Assembly (NCBI GenBank): GCA_038046385.1
Contig: JBBSWH010000001.1
Span: forward strand, 32,001-96,000
Source of the DNA: Nanobdellota archaeon
GTDB taxonomy: Archaea; Nanobdellota; Nanobdellia; Woesearchaeales; GW2011-AR4
Length of the DNA: 64,000 bases
Direction: 5' to 3'
The position numbers were made by a program, and so were the translations under genes. Shown piece after piece: positions 49,031 to 59,246 of the stretch. The notes under the pieces were generated by a model. It saw only the letters and a list, made by a program, of their open reading frames with translations. It had not been told where the DNA came from and searched no databases. How positions within the stretch are numbered: position 1 is the first letter of the stretch; every line of letters starts with the position of its first letter.

Positions 49031-49683
49031 AGCTCTTTGATGTCATTTATCTCATAGTCTGCGCTTGAGCCGGATGCAGAAGGATTTCCGTATTTTGCGA
49101 AGCAAGTTGACATTCCCAATGACTTTGCGCCTTTTATATCCCGCTCTGGCCTGTCTCCAACCATTAAGCACTCGTGCGGCTTTACATTCAGCTTTTTGAA
49201 GGCGACCTTAAACGGCTTTGTGCTTGGCTTGAACTCTTTCGTATCATCAAACGTAACAACGACATCAAATATATGGTTTATTTTCATGGCAACAAGTCTT
49301 ATCCATGCCTTTAATCGCGGAGCGTCAGATACAATAGCCAGTTTTATGCCTTTTCTTTTCATTTCAAAAAGGACCTTGCTTACATTCGGATACGGCTCAA
49401 GGAATCCACTTCTTACTCTCCTGTAGGCCACGATGCCGCTTGCAAGTATTTCATAGTTTATTTCCTTTGTAACCTTCTTCAGAAACTTCTGGAATATGGT
49501 TTTTTCTTCCATTCCGTATTCATTATACAAGTCGAAAAGAATCTTCATGCCTTTTTCCTTGTCCATATCCAATCCTGCGCCTATCATCGCAGTCATTGCC
49601 GCATCGCAGCTCATTTTCTTCATTGTCATGAAGTCTATCAAGGTGTTGTCAAGATCGAAGATAATTGCTTTTATCATAATCAA
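49012..49683 (-). CDS. HAD-superfamily hydrolase
   Basis: FDLDNTL, KP and VGDRPERDI motifs. Confidence 0.92.
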   Translation of the reverse strand: MIMIKAIIFDLDNTLIDFMTMKKMSCDAAMTAMIGAGLDMDKEKGMKILFDLYNEYGMEEKTIFQKFLKKVTKEINYEILASGIVAYRRVRSGFLEPYPNVSKVLFEMKRKGIKLAIVSDAPRLKAWIRLVAMKINHIFDVVVTFDDTKEFKPSTKPFKVAFKKLNVKPHECLMVGDRPERDIKGAKSLGMSTCFAKYGNPSASGSSADYEINDIKELLEIVE

Positions 49684-49731
49684 AAGAAAAACAGAATAAG
49701 TTTAAAATTGTTTTGATGAAAAAAGAAAAAA

Positions 49732-50166
49732 TTAGCTAAGGTTACCTTTCCCTTTCTTTGGCTTAACTCTCGGGTTTACTCCCACTGCCATTTCGGTTAG
49801 CCATTCCACTATTCTTCTTAGCTGCTTGCTATGCGGATGAATACCATCATTGCTTAATTTTGCGCTTACATATCCGGTTACATCCCCGTTTATATGTGCT
49901 GGACCCAAATAAGTATGTCTTCCGTCTGCTCGTGTAACAACAACCCTATCTTTTTCTCTTTGAATATTGGATATATTTTGATTATAGCTAACTATAGAAG
50001 ATGCAGCGTCGCTTATTTCATGATTCCTTGCTTGAGGAATATCTCTTGGCGCACCAGCAACTGCAAATTCAAGTCCATGAGTAGGGTTGAACATAATCTG
50101 CGCCCCTGCTTTAGTCTCTCTGTATAACTTACTAACATAGTCTATAACCTGATTTGCATAACTCAT
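49732..50166 (-). CDS. hypothetical protein
   Basis: 144-aa ORF with GGAGG RBS. Confidence 0.6.
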   Translation of the reverse strand: MSYANQVIDYVSKLYRETKAGAQIMFNPTHGLEFAVAGAPRDIPQARNHEISDAASSIVSYNQNISNIQREKDRVVVTRADGRHTYLGPAHINGDVTGYVSAKLSNDGIHPHSKQLRRIVEWLTEMAVGVNPRVKPKKGKGNLS

Positions 50167-50292
50167 ATTAAAATACCCTCCAAATTTTTATAAACGGAAT
50201 AAACCTTTATTTATAAACTTTGTTTTTATCATTACATAATAGATAAACCAATATCAGCAAACTTTAAAAACAAACTATTCTTTTGAAACGCT

Positions 50293-51363
50293 ATGGAAAC
50301 GCTTGAATCACTGAAATGGCTCAAGGACAGAAATCTGTATGACCTTTCTTACAGTGTATCTACATCCCTGAAAAAAGTCTTTACGCCGTGTTTAGGGGTA
50401 AAGGACGAAAAAATGCTGATAGTCGGAGACATAGGCTATGAAAACAGAAACGTTGCGGCTGTGATGTCCGGAGCTTATTACCTTGCGGCGCAGCAGATGA
50501 AGCTAGATGCCAAATTAATATTCCAAAGCGTAAAATCGAGGGGAGATGTTTCTGACGATGATGTTGTGCAGGGACTTTCAGAATTAAAAGCAGGCAATAT
50601 CGTTATCCTTAACATGTCAGACAAGCTTGGAAACATTCAGGAGCTTGGAAAAAGTTTCAGGAGATGGATTGCAAAAAAGAACCATCGCTTCATATCGGCA
50701 ATGAGCCTTGGAGATTTGGCAACAAGCAACATTGAACTGATAACAAAAGCGATTGATGTTAATTACAGGCCGCTGCAGGTTCAGCATGAGGAAATAAGGA
50801 AAAAGATGGATGCTGCAAAAGAGATTCATATAACAACACCTGCAGGAACGGATTTGCATTACAACAAAGAGGGAATAAAAGCACTAAAAGCAGACGGGAA
50901 TTACACAATGCCCGGCACCGGAGGAAACCTGCCGGCAGGAGAGGTATACTCGCCGCCAAACGGCAAGAAGATTGAAGGCAAGGTTGTAATTGACGGAAGC
51001 TCAAGAACGCATGAGCACACGCTATTGATAAGAAAGCCGATTGAGCTTACAATCAAAGAGGGAAATATTGTTGACATCAAGGGCGGGGAAGAGGCAAAAC
51101 AGCTTGAGAATACGCTGAAGTGGGCTGCATCAGTTGCAAAAAACCCCGGCAATGTAAGAAGAGTATGCGAGCTCGGAATCGGATTAAACCCAAATGCGTC
51201 AATCATAGGCGCGATGATAATTGATGACAAGACGCTCGGAACAGCACATATAGGAATCGGCTCAAATTACTGGTTTGGCGGAAATATATATGCAATAATC
51301 CACCTAGACCAGGTTTTTAAGAATCCCACTATTTATTTAGACGGAGCAAAGCTAAAAATCTGA
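50293..51363 (+). CDS. aminopeptidase (M29-like metallopeptidase)
   Basis: GNLPAGEVY, ELGIGLNP, AHIGIG and IHLD motifs. Confidence 0.85.
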   Translation: METLESLKWLKDRNLYDLSYSVSTSLKKVFTPCLGVKDEKMLIVGDIGYENRNVAAVMSGAYYLAAQQMKLDAKLIFQSVKSRGDVSDDDVVQGLSELKAGNIVILNMSDKLGNIQELGKSFRRWIAKKNHRFISAMSLGDLATSNIELITKAIDVNYRPLQVQHEEIRKKMDAAKEIHITTPAGTDLHYNKEGIKALKADGNYTMPGTGGNLPAGEVYSPPNGKKIEGKVVIDGSSRTHEHTLLIRKPIELTIKEGNIVDIKGGEEAKQLENTLKWAASVAKNPGNVRRVCELGIGLNPNASIIGAMIIDDKTLGTAHIGIGSNYWFGGNIYAIIHLDQVFKNPTIYLDGAKLKI

Positions 51364-51370
51364 TAGTATG

Positions 51371-51491
51371 GCATAGCATCCTAAGGTCAAAATTCAATTC
51401 AGAACATAATCAACTGCGTTCAGGGGGACGCCCCCTACGGGGCATGAACGATACTTAAAGTAACACATTAAGAATTTTGAAGATGCTATGC
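51371..51491. repeat. family C-related long hairpin (inverted)
   Basis: GCATAGCATC...GATGCTATGC termini; core reverse complement CCCCGTAGGGGGCGTCCCCCTG. Confidence 0.7.
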
Positions 51492-51696
51492 ATTGTTTTC
51501 TTCCTTAACTATCATCCATTTTGGCAGGTCAACATTCGGATATTTCTTGTCAGAGCCTTCAAAATACGTTCCTTTTTCTTTTTCCATGCAATTCATTGAG
51601 CATAGTAAATATATAAAGATTGTTTAGTAAGATAGAGTGACTACACACGGCAGAATCAGGAAAGTATTAAAAGAGGATACTTAATGTTATACTGAA

Positions 51697-52041
51697 ATGG
51701 GATACAAACAAGCTATACTCGTAAGAGACGATTTGAAGCTTCCAAAAGGAAAGATGGCTGCACAAGTGTCACATGCTTCTGTAGATGCTACTTTGAAATC
51801 TGACAAAAAGATGGTTGATTTGTGGAAAAAAGAAGGCATGAAGAAAGTTATCCTTAAAGTGAATGAAGAAAAAGAGCTTTTCAAATATAAACAGATTGCA
51901 GAAGATGCAGGAATAAAAACAGCTCTGATAACGGATGCAGGACATACTGTTGTTGAGCCTGGAACAATTACTTGCCTTGCAATAGGCCCTGATGAAGAAA
52001 AAAAAATAAATGAAATCAGCGGAAAATTAAAGCTGATGTGA
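51697..52041 (+). CDS. pth2: peptidyl-tRNA hydrolase Pth2
   Basis: KGKMAAQVSHA and DAGHT..PGT.T..AIGP motifs. Confidence 0.95.
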   Translation: MGYKQAILVRDDLKLPKGKMAAQVSHASVDATLKSDKKMVDLWKKEGMKKVILKVNEEKELFKYKQIAEDAGIKTALITDAGHTVVEPGTITCLAIGPDEEKKINEISGKLKLM

Positions 52042-52098
52042 AAATATCAATTCTAAGAGACAATTTCTTGCTTTGTTGACATATCCGGTATTGATTAG

Positions 52099-52449
52099 CT
52101 ACTGTTGTCTTTTTAGGTAGCGTATCACTTCATCATCACTCAATTGGCTGCCGGAACTTCTTCCTCTTGTAAAATGCCCTGAAGCATATTCCTGGCCAAG
52201 ACTATAAAATAGTCCAGCCTTTCTGTCAATTTCATGTGCAGAATCTAATGCTCCCAATACAAACTCCCAATACCCTTTAGAACTTACAATGTGAGGCTCA
52301 AGCTGATCCCTTATACCCCTAACCAAATCAGCAACAACCTTTGCCTTATGAGCTGTTTGGGGTGTGTGCACTAATTCACTAATGAATGTTGTTCCATCCA
52401 TTATAAGATAATCTTTTGATACTTTTGTGTCTATTGTTGGATTTGTCAT
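52099..52449 (-). CDS. orphan protein (MTNPT N-terminus)
   Basis: 116-aa ORF with GGTGA RBS. Confidence 0.6.
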   Translation of the reverse strand: MTNPTIDTKVSKDYLIMDGTTFISELVHTPQTAHKAKVVADLVRGIRDQLEPHIVSSKGYWEFVLGALDSAHEIDRKAGLFYSLGQEYASGHFTRGRSSGSQLSDDEVIRYLKRQQ

Positions 52450-52467
52450 TTTTTCACCTTTGAATAT

Positions 52468-52770
52468 TTAAGATACTAATGTTGGCTGTTTGTCATACCT
52501 TATGCTTATGCAGGCTGCCCCACCTTGTTCAAGCAATTCTACTAAGGCAAGGTGGTGGTCTAACACGCTTTTAGGATCTTGTGGGTTTAAACCCTCAAAC
52601 AAATGAGCATGTTGTGGGGAAATTGAGTAAGAACGAACCAAATATTTGCTGCCTACAGGAACTGTAAGCTCAACTACTTTTGAATGATTTCCCTGCGGCA
52701 ATTTGGATGTTAAACCTACTGTGCTTCCGCTATTCATTGCTGCTTGATCGATGCTTGTTGGGTTTGTCAT
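52468..52770 (-). CDS. orphan protein (MTNPT N-terminus)
   Basis: 100-aa ORF with GAGGTGA RBS. Confidence 0.6.
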   Translation of the reverse strand: MTNPTSIDQAAMNSGSTVGLTSKLPQGNHSKVVELTVPVGSKYLVRSYSISPQHAHLFEGLNPQDPKSVLDHHLALVELLEQGGAACISIRYDKQPTLVS

Positions 52771-52815
52771 ATTAAATCACCTCTTCTGGTTTGTGTAATT
52801 TTTAACCTTTTTAAA

Positions 52816-53127
52816 TCAAGATATGTGGACATTTTTGTTCGTTTCAAGATAATTTATTGCGAATACCGATCCGTCTACAATTCCGTTTAAAAAATCAGGG
52901 CTTTGATTCTGAAGTAGTACTCTTGGACGAGTTCTTCTGGATAAAATCACTGCGTAAACTCCTTCCATAACTCCTGCTTGGTAATCTTCAGATATCTCTT
53001 GATTTTGACCCCTAATATTTGCCAGTGCCTGAAGTGATATTTCCTTAGCAATGTCTTCGCTGTCTAACCTTCCTTCCAAAGGTATTCTTGCTGTTAGCTG
53101 AGTCGTTAGTTGAGTCGTTGGTTGCAC
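52816..53127 (-). CDS. orphan protein
   Basis: 103-aa GTG ORF with GAGGT RBS. Confidence 0.55.
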   Translation of the reverse strand: MQPTTQLTTQLTARIPLEGRLDSEDIAKEISLQALANIRGQNQEISEDYQAGVMEGVYAVILSRRTRPRVLLQNQSPDFLNGIVDGSVFAINYLETNKNVHIS

Positions 53128-53246
53128 GCTACCACCTCGTTTTCCTGTAAACTATAGTTATGTTTATTATAATTTATATAATTTATATATAAAATACGCG
53201 ACAAAATTGGTAAGATTTATAAGAATCTGGCAAATCCTATGATAAA

Positions 53247-53894
53247 ATGACAAATTTAACCCATGAAGTGTGGAATTATCTGGATTCTGAGCCAAGCATA
53301 AAGAAAGAGCTGAGCAGAGGCATAGTCAACATTATGGCGTTGGCGAAGTATATTATAGACACAAAGAATTTGGAAAAATCGCCTGATGCAGTTATAAGCG
53401 CAATAAGGAGATATGTTCTTGAAGAAAGGCATGCGCCGAAATTCCACAATGTTGAGGATATAATAAAAAATTCAAGAATTTCAACAAAAAATAAAATTGC
53501 CCTGATTGCAATAAAGCGCGATTCAACAGTTCTTGATGTCCTTCCAAATGTTTTTCCCCTGATAGAACTTTCGAGAGGAGAGGTCATGAGGTTATCGGAA
53601 GGAAAAGAATCATTAAAACTTCTTGTTGATGAAAAAAATCTGCAGAAAATTGCTGATGTTTTTCCAAAGAATAAAATAATAGGGATTACAAGAAACTTAA
53701 GCGAGTTAAGCATAAATCTTGGACCAGGCTCGATAGAGGCAGTTGGAGTTCTTGCAACAATAATGAATGAGCTTGCTGTTAATAATATCAGCATTGTTGA
53801 AGTGATTGGATGCCTGCCGGAGTTCATGCTTTTCTTCGATTCAAAAGACATTCTGAAGGCGCATGAAATTCTGATGAAGTTATCTGGAATCTGA
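53247..53894 (+). CDS. ACT-domain-containing regulator
   Basis: GIVNIMALAKYI...AVISAIRRY motif; C-terminal ACT domain. Confidence 0.8.
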   Translation: MTNLTHEVWNYLDSEPSIKKELSRGIVNIMALAKYIIDTKNLEKSPDAVISAIRRYVLEERHAPKFHNVEDIIKNSRISTKNKIALIAIKRDSTVLDVLPNVFPLIELSRGEVMRLSEGKESLKLLVDEKNLQKIADVFPKNKIIGITRNLSELSINLGPGSIEAVGVLATIMNELAVNNISIVEVIGCLPEFMLFFDSKDILKAHEILMKLSGI

Positions 53895-53895
53895 T

Positions 53896-54150
53896 TTAAC
53901 CGTACCTTAATTTCAGAATTAATACTGAAACAACCATTGCAAACGTTATAGAACTCATAACCACTAAAGATAAGCTTTCTTTAAGAAAACCGTAACCGAT
54001 CCAGAGCACTTGGCCAAAAATATTAATCAGCAGCCACGACAATGAAATATCTTGCGTTGATTTTGTTCTCCATGATTTTATCAGCTGCGGCAAAGAAGAA
54101 ATGGCAACCAATATACCGGCACAAAATCCCAGTAACTCTATTGACAACAT
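53896..54150 (-). CDS. SemiSWEET/PQ-loop transporter
   Basis: LPQLIKSWRTKSTQDIS..W...WIGYG motif. Confidence 0.85.
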   Translation of the reverse strand: MLSIELLGFCAGILVAISSLPQLIKSWRTKSTQDISLSWLLINIFGQVLWIGYGFLKESLSLVVMSSITFAMVVSVLILKLRYG

Positions 54151-54231
54151 AGATTTTATAAAATTTGATAATTTAAATAATTTACCATTAGCAGTTACCT
54201 TTTTAAATAACACTTTTTACCTAGACACTAT

Positions 54232-54319
54232 GGGCCCATAGCTCAGCCTGCTTAGAGCACAAGACTCTTAAGAATTTGGAGTTATCTTGGGGTCAGGGGT
54301 TGAAATCCCCTTGGGCCCA
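54232..54319 (+). tRNA. tRNA-Lys(CTT) with 13-nt canonical intron (54271-54283)
   Basis: cloverleaf; BHB helix CTCT/GGAG. Confidence 0.9.
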
Positions 54320-54415
54320 CTTATTTTTCTATCCGTGCAATAAAATTGCACTTGATTCCGCACTCAACTGACGGAACAGTTGGTTCGACATCCCCTTGGG
54401 CCCACTTTATTTTTC
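54305..54415. mobile_element. family A mini-element with duplication of the tRNA-Lys 3' end
   Basis: ATCCCCTTGGGCCCACTT at 54305 and 54390. Confidence 0.8.
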
Positions 54416-54853
54416 TGAACTTCGATTTTTGTTCATTCTAAATAAGAATACTCCAGCAACAATAGTAGCAAATATTGAAGTAATCATAGTAGATAGATTG
54501 CTACCAATCCCATTAGTTGGTAGCCAAGCTGGTAAATAAAATACTAATAATCCGGCAAGAACAACTAACAAAATTATTCCGACTACCTTCATACCTTTTT
54601 TAATCTTATTTTGATGTTCTTGATACCATGATGATAGTCTTAATGCAACATCATTTCCCACATAACCACTTAATCTTATAAAATAGAATCCAGATATAAA
54701 ATAAGAAAGCACAAACATAAACAACAAAATTACAACAGAGATTGCACCAAAATTTTTATTGGTTAAAAGAAAATAAAGAGTAATCCACATAAGCAACCAG
54801 AAAGTACAATTTTGAATTGTTTTTACTCTTTTTATCAGTTCTGATTGTTCCAT
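54407..54853 (-). CDS. membrane protein
   Basis: 4 TM segments. Confidence 0.55.
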   Translation of the reverse strand: MEQSELIKRVKTIQNCTFWLLMWITLYFLLTNKNFGAISVVILLFMFVLSYFISGFYFIRLSGYVGNDVALRLSSWYQEHQNKIKKGMKVVGIILLVVLAGLLVFYLPAWLPTNGIGSNLSTMITSIFATIVAGVFLFRMNKNRSSEK

Positions 54854-54887
54854 TCTTCTTAATAATTTGATAATGGATATTTAAACT

Positions 54888-55541
54888 TTACTCCCCAACC
54901 ATTTCCTGCAGCACTTCATAAGCCTTCATCGAATCCTTCTTGCTCAGGATGAAAGTCAGTTCTGTCATTGTTGAAACAATCTCGTAAATGTTTATGTTGT
55001 CCCATGCTAATTTTCGTACAGCATTAAAGATTACGCCAGGAGTATGCGTGAAATCGTCTGCAGTGAACACTATAGACAACGAAACCAAATCGTTTTCCTT
55101 GTTGATTATTTTTCCTGAAAGAAACTTGGCAAGCTTATCCATATATTTTTGATTGATAATAATGCTGACTTCGTTGTTTCCCAGTATAATATTCAGCGTA
55201 TCCCCCCTTTCAAAATTTACAAGAGTATGGACCGTTCTCAGCTTTGCAAGCAGATTCGGAGTTTTTACAAAAGTCAAATCGCACAAATTTGTTTTTAACA
55301 GCAATTCGCCGGTGTAGTCAAACTTCTTTGAATGCTTTCTTTGCTCAGATATTTCTTCAGAATGCCTTCTCAATGCCATCACTATGGCTGCATGGTTGAT
55401 TTTTTTTCCAAGCTCTTTTTCTATCTTCGGGCTTATCTCTTCTGCAAAATTACCGATGCTTATAAGATTCCTTCCAAGCGCTTCCTCAACAAAAGGCTGA
55501 TCCGATACAATTTTCTTTACTATGTGGCTTACTGTTACCAT
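54888..55541 (-). CDS. ACT-domain-containing regulator (paralog of 53247)
   Basis: AIVMALRR and INIYEIVSTMTELTF motifs. Confidence 0.8.
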   Translation of the reverse strand: MVTVSHIVKKIVSDQPFVEEALGRNLISIGNFAEEISPKIEKELGKKINHAAIVMALRRHSEEISEQRKHSKKFDYTGELLLKTNLCDLTFVKTPNLLAKLRTVHTLVNFERGDTLNIILGNNEVSIIINQKYMDKLAKFLSGKIINKENDLVSLSIVFTADDFTHTPGVIFNAVRKLAWDNINIYEIVSTMTELTFILSKKDSMKAYEVLQEMVGE

Positions 55542-55719
55542 TTTTACCCCCTTAGATTGTTATTATAATAACATTAAGTTAATATAATAAATATATATAC
55601 TTTTCGGTTATGGAATCAATCAACAGCCAACAGCATAGAAATCACAATTGCATAGAACTATTTACGTGGGAATTAAACAACGATTCTGACTTAATGTCGG
55701 ACTTTCAGGATAAATAATT

Positions 55720-56100
55720 TTGGTGGTTTATAAAATGACAGGCACAACATCACAAACACTGGCAGATCCAGCATCAGATTTTTCGAGCTTGGATGCGCAA
55801 GTCGAAACTATTGTGCACTCGCAAAGAAGGAAACCGAACGGGCAACTTGCAGCTGAGTTAAATGCTGCTTTTATTGAACATGGGTTTTTGACCGCGACAC
55901 ATCAAAACGGACAAAGAACTGCTTTGATAGGGGTCAACTCATTCAGACATGCGAAAGTTCAGGCTGTCCTGGATCCGGCAAGCACAATTTATGCAAGATA
56001 TAACGGAAAACCATACGGGCTAGATGAGCCGATTCTTTGGGAAACGCCCACTGAGGGGACCGTGGCATGGAAAGCATACAACATGAAAATGGTATTTTAG
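55720..56100 (+). CDS. orphan protein
   Basis: 126-aa ORF divergent from the regulator. Confidence 0.55.
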   Translation: MVVYKMTGTTSQTLADPASDFSSLDAQVETIVHSQRRKPNGQLAAELNAAFIEHGFLTATHQNGQRTALIGVNSFRHAKVQAVLDPASTIYARYNGKPYGLDEPILWETPTEGTVAWKAYNMKMVF

Positions 56101-56232
56101 GCTGCCAATAAAACTTTTAACATTTTATTTTTTAAACATATTTTACCAAAAAATTATTTTTCTCCTAAAAATCAAAAACATTTTTTTATTTTTTCCGTAA
56201 TCTTTATATAGCATTAAAAGTTATTATTCTTA

Positions 56233-57867
56233 ATGCATAATCACAATAATAACGACAAGAACTTTGATGAGCTGTTTTGGGCAGACCAAATTGCAAAACA
56301 GATAACATCAAGGGAAAAATTTCATTACACCGACGATAAAGTCCCTAAATTTGACACTTACACAGTAAAAACTTCTGCATCATTGTCTGGCGTTTTGCAC
56401 ATCGGAAGATTAAGCGATACAATAAGAAGCGAATCGGTTGTGATTGCGCTGAAAGATGCTGGCATAAAAACAAAATTTATTTGGGTTGCAGAAAACATGG
56501 ACCCTCTGAGAAAAATTCCGAAGGGTGTTCCTGCAAATTTTGAAAAATACCTCGGAATGCCGGTAACAGACATTCCTGACCCTGATGGATGCCACGCATC
56601 TTATGCTGATCATCACATGGAAGAATATTTCAAGGTTGTAGATGAATTTGTTTTAACTGACATGGAAAAATTTTCCATGAGAGAAGAATACAAAAAAGGG
56701 AATTTTACTTCTTACATCAAAAAAATAATGGAAAAAATAGAGGATGTGCGCGAAATACAGAACAGGTACCGGACAAATCCGCTTAAAACAAACTGGAGCC
56801 CGTGGACGCCAATCTGCGACAACTGCGGAAAGATTGTAACGACGCACGTTACCGGAATCGAAAGCGGAATTGTAAAATATGAATGCACAGATTATGAATT
56901 TGAGACGACAACTGCAAAGGGATGCGGCCACAAGGGAGAAAATGACCCATTAAAAGGAAACGGAAAATTATTGTGGAAATCTGAGTGGGCTGCGCAGTGG
57001 GCGAGATGGAAAGTTGTTTCTGAAGGCGCAGGGAAGGAGTACCAGGTGCCAAACAGCGCATGGTGGATTAACGGAGAGATTACAGAAAAAGTTTTGAACT
57101 ACCCTATGCCTGAGCCGATATTTTACGAGCACATCACAATCGACAACCAGAAAATGTCTGCTTCTGTCGGAAATGTAGTCTATCCAAAAGACTGGCTCGA
57201 AGTTGCATCTCCTGAACTATTAAGATTGTTTTACAATAAAAGATTAATGACGACAAGAAGCTTTTCATGGAAAGATTTGCCTAATCTTTATGATGAGTAC
57301 GACAAAATAGCGGAAATCTGCCTTGGAAAAAATATTCTCGAGAACAAGAAAGAAGAAGCACATTACAAAAGGCTTTTTGAAGTAAGCTGCGGAAAAGATG
57401 CAAAGAAATCGATCGACATGAGCTTCTCGCATGCTGCAGTTATTGCGCAGACATTCCCTGACGAGGAAGACATGATTAAGGGCCTTGAAAAAACAGGCCA
57501 TTACAATAAGGATGACCATGACAGGATTTTTGAAAGGTTCCACAAAGTGAAAATATGGCTTAAAAAGCACGCTCCTGAAGATGTCAAGTTTGAGGTGCAG
57601 AAGCACGTTTCAAAAGACATAATAATTACGGAAAGCGAAAAAAAATTACTGCATGAGATATCCGCGCTGCTCAAGGAAAATGACTACAATGAACAGACTC
57701 TTTTTGAGGAGTTTTATACTGTCTCTACCAGGCACAAAATAAAACCTCAGGATTTTTTCAAGTCGGCTTACAAGGTTTTGCTTAACAAGGAACGAGGCCC
57801 AAAACTTGCGCCTTTCGTTCTTGCGCTTGGAAAAGAAAAAGTTGCTAAACTGTTTGAAAGCGCTTAA
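56233..57867 (+). CDS. lysS: class I lysyl-tRNA synthetase
   Basis: FWAD, SGVLHIG, KMSAS.GN and GPKLAPF motifs. Confidence 0.96.
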   Translation: MHNHNNNDKNFDELFWADQIAKQITSREKFHYTDDKVPKFDTYTVKTSASLSGVLHIGRLSDTIRSESVVIALKDAGIKTKFIWVAENMDPLRKIPKGVPANFEKYLGMPVTDIPDPDGCHASYADHHMEEYFKVVDEFVLTDMEKFSMREEYKKGNFTSYIKKIMEKIEDVREIQNRYRTNPLKTNWSPWTPICDNCGKIVTTHVTGIESGIVKYECTDYEFETTTAKGCGHKGENDPLKGNGKLLWKSEWAAQWARWKVVSEGAGKEYQVPNSAWWINGEITEKVLNYPMPEPIFYEHITIDNQKMSASVGNVVYPKDWLEVASPELLRLFYNKRLMTTRSFSWKDLPNLYDEYDKIAEICLGKNILENKKEEAHYKRLFEVSCGKDAKKSIDMSFSHAAVIAQTFPDEEDMIKGLEKTGHYNKDDHDRIFERFHKVKIWLKKHAPEDVKFEVQKHVSKDIIITESEKKLLHEISALLKENDYNEQTLFEEFYTVSTRHKIKPQDFFKSAYKVLLNKERGPKLAPFVLALGKEKVAKLFESA

Positions 57868-57905
57868 GGGAAAAGTTTTTTAAACAAAGGAAACTAACTC
57901 ATTCT

Positions 57906-59003
57906 ATGGAAAAAAAAGTATTAGACAAGCTTTCTCCAGAACTCAGGAAACTTATCATTCTTAGTAATGATAAATCTACCGGAACTTTGAGCGACAACAT
58001 AAAAAAAGCAAGCTTCCCAGTTTCTGCATTTGCGCAAAGAACTTTGAATCACACTAACGGAGGTTCAACTTTGCAGGCAGCTTTGTGGCTGAAAAATCAT
58101 TTGAAAAACGGGGGCAAAATAGTAGTCACTTTAGCCGGTGCTTTAAGCTCATTTCAAATCGGCGTTATGCTTGCAGAACTTATTAGGCAAGACAAGGTTC
58201 ATCTGGTTTCGGCAACAGGAGCAAACCACGAAGAATCATACTACAGATATGTTGCCCATTCACATTATGCAAACATTCCAAATTACACTGAACTAACGCC
58301 AAATCAGGAAGCAGAATTAAGAGACGCTGGTTTAAGAAGAATCACAGACACATTTTTGCCAGAAGACGAAAGTGTAAGGATAATGGAGCCGCATTTGCTG
58401 AAGATGTGGAAAGATGCATCTAAAAAAGGAGAAAGGTACTTTCCGCATGAATATTTCAGAAGGCTGTTCAAGGAAAAACTGATAAAGCCGGATAAGCTGG
58501 CAAACCCAAATGACTGCTGGGCATACGCAGCGTTTGAAAAAAACATCCCGATCATTGTGCCTGGATTTGAAGATTCCACAATGGGCAATATTTTTTCAAG
58601 TTACACTTACAGCGGCAAAAACAAAAAGAAAGGGGATACTGTTGTAGACCAAAATGTCATGAAATCAGGATTGGAATATTTTCATTTGATGTATGACTGG
58701 TATATGCAGGAAAGCAAAAACTCCCCGATTGCATTTTTGCAGCTTGGCGGGGGAATTGCAGCAGATTTCCCGATATGTGTTGTTCCGTCATTAAAACATG
58801 ATTTAAGGCTTCCAAAAGTGCGTGACTGGGCTGGATTTATTGAAATTGGATCGTCTCCAATGTCATACGGCTCATATTCCGGAGCAGGCGGAAAAGAGAA
58901 GATTACCTGGGACAAATTGTCCACACAGAGCTATTATAACATAATCCAGAGCGATGTGACTGTCGCTTTTCCGTGGATAGCTGCAATACTTCTTGATTTG
59001 TAG
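57906..59003 (+). CDS. deoxyhypusine synthase family protein
   Basis: TGAN.EE, EDSTMGN, GGGIAADF and YSGA..EKITW.K motifs. Confidence 0.9.
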   Translation: MEKKVLDKLSPELRKLIILSNDKSTGTLSDNIKKASFPVSAFAQRTLNHTNGGSTLQAALWLKNHLKNGGKIVVTLAGALSSFQIGVMLAELIRQDKVHLVSATGANHEESYYRYVAHSHYANIPNYTELTPNQEAELRDAGLRRITDTFLPEDESVRIMEPHLLKMWKDASKKGERYFPHEYFRRLFKEKLIKPDKLANPNDCWAYAAFEKNIPIIVPGFEDSTMGNIFSSYTYSGKNKKKGDTVVDQNVMKSGLEYFHLMYDWYMQESKNSPIAFLQLGGGIAADFPICVVPSLKHDLRLPKVRDWAGFIEIGSSPMSYGSYSGAGGKEKITWDKLSTQSYYNIIQSDVTVAFPWIAAILLDL

Positions 59004-59029
59004 AATTCTAATATTATTTTGAAAAAACG

Positions 59030-59194
59030 AGTTTTGCCGTCAATACGTGAGCATTTTCTATTAAAACATTCAACAAAAAGGAAATTGTCCTAAAAATCTG
59101 TGGATTTTTGGGAACCTAAAAATGCCTAGCATTTTTTTGTCAATGGGAATTTTTGTAATATACTAGAACATTTAATGCGAACGACGGCAAAACT
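59030..59194. repeat. family C long hairpin with nested two-hairpin insert (~59085-59143)
   Basis: AGTTTTGCCGTC...GACGGCAAAACT termini; inverted relative of 43090. Confidence 0.75.
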
Positions 59195-59246
59195 AACCAC
59201 TTATTAAATCAATAAATTAATAAACCATTTTTGTTTCTGCACAGGT

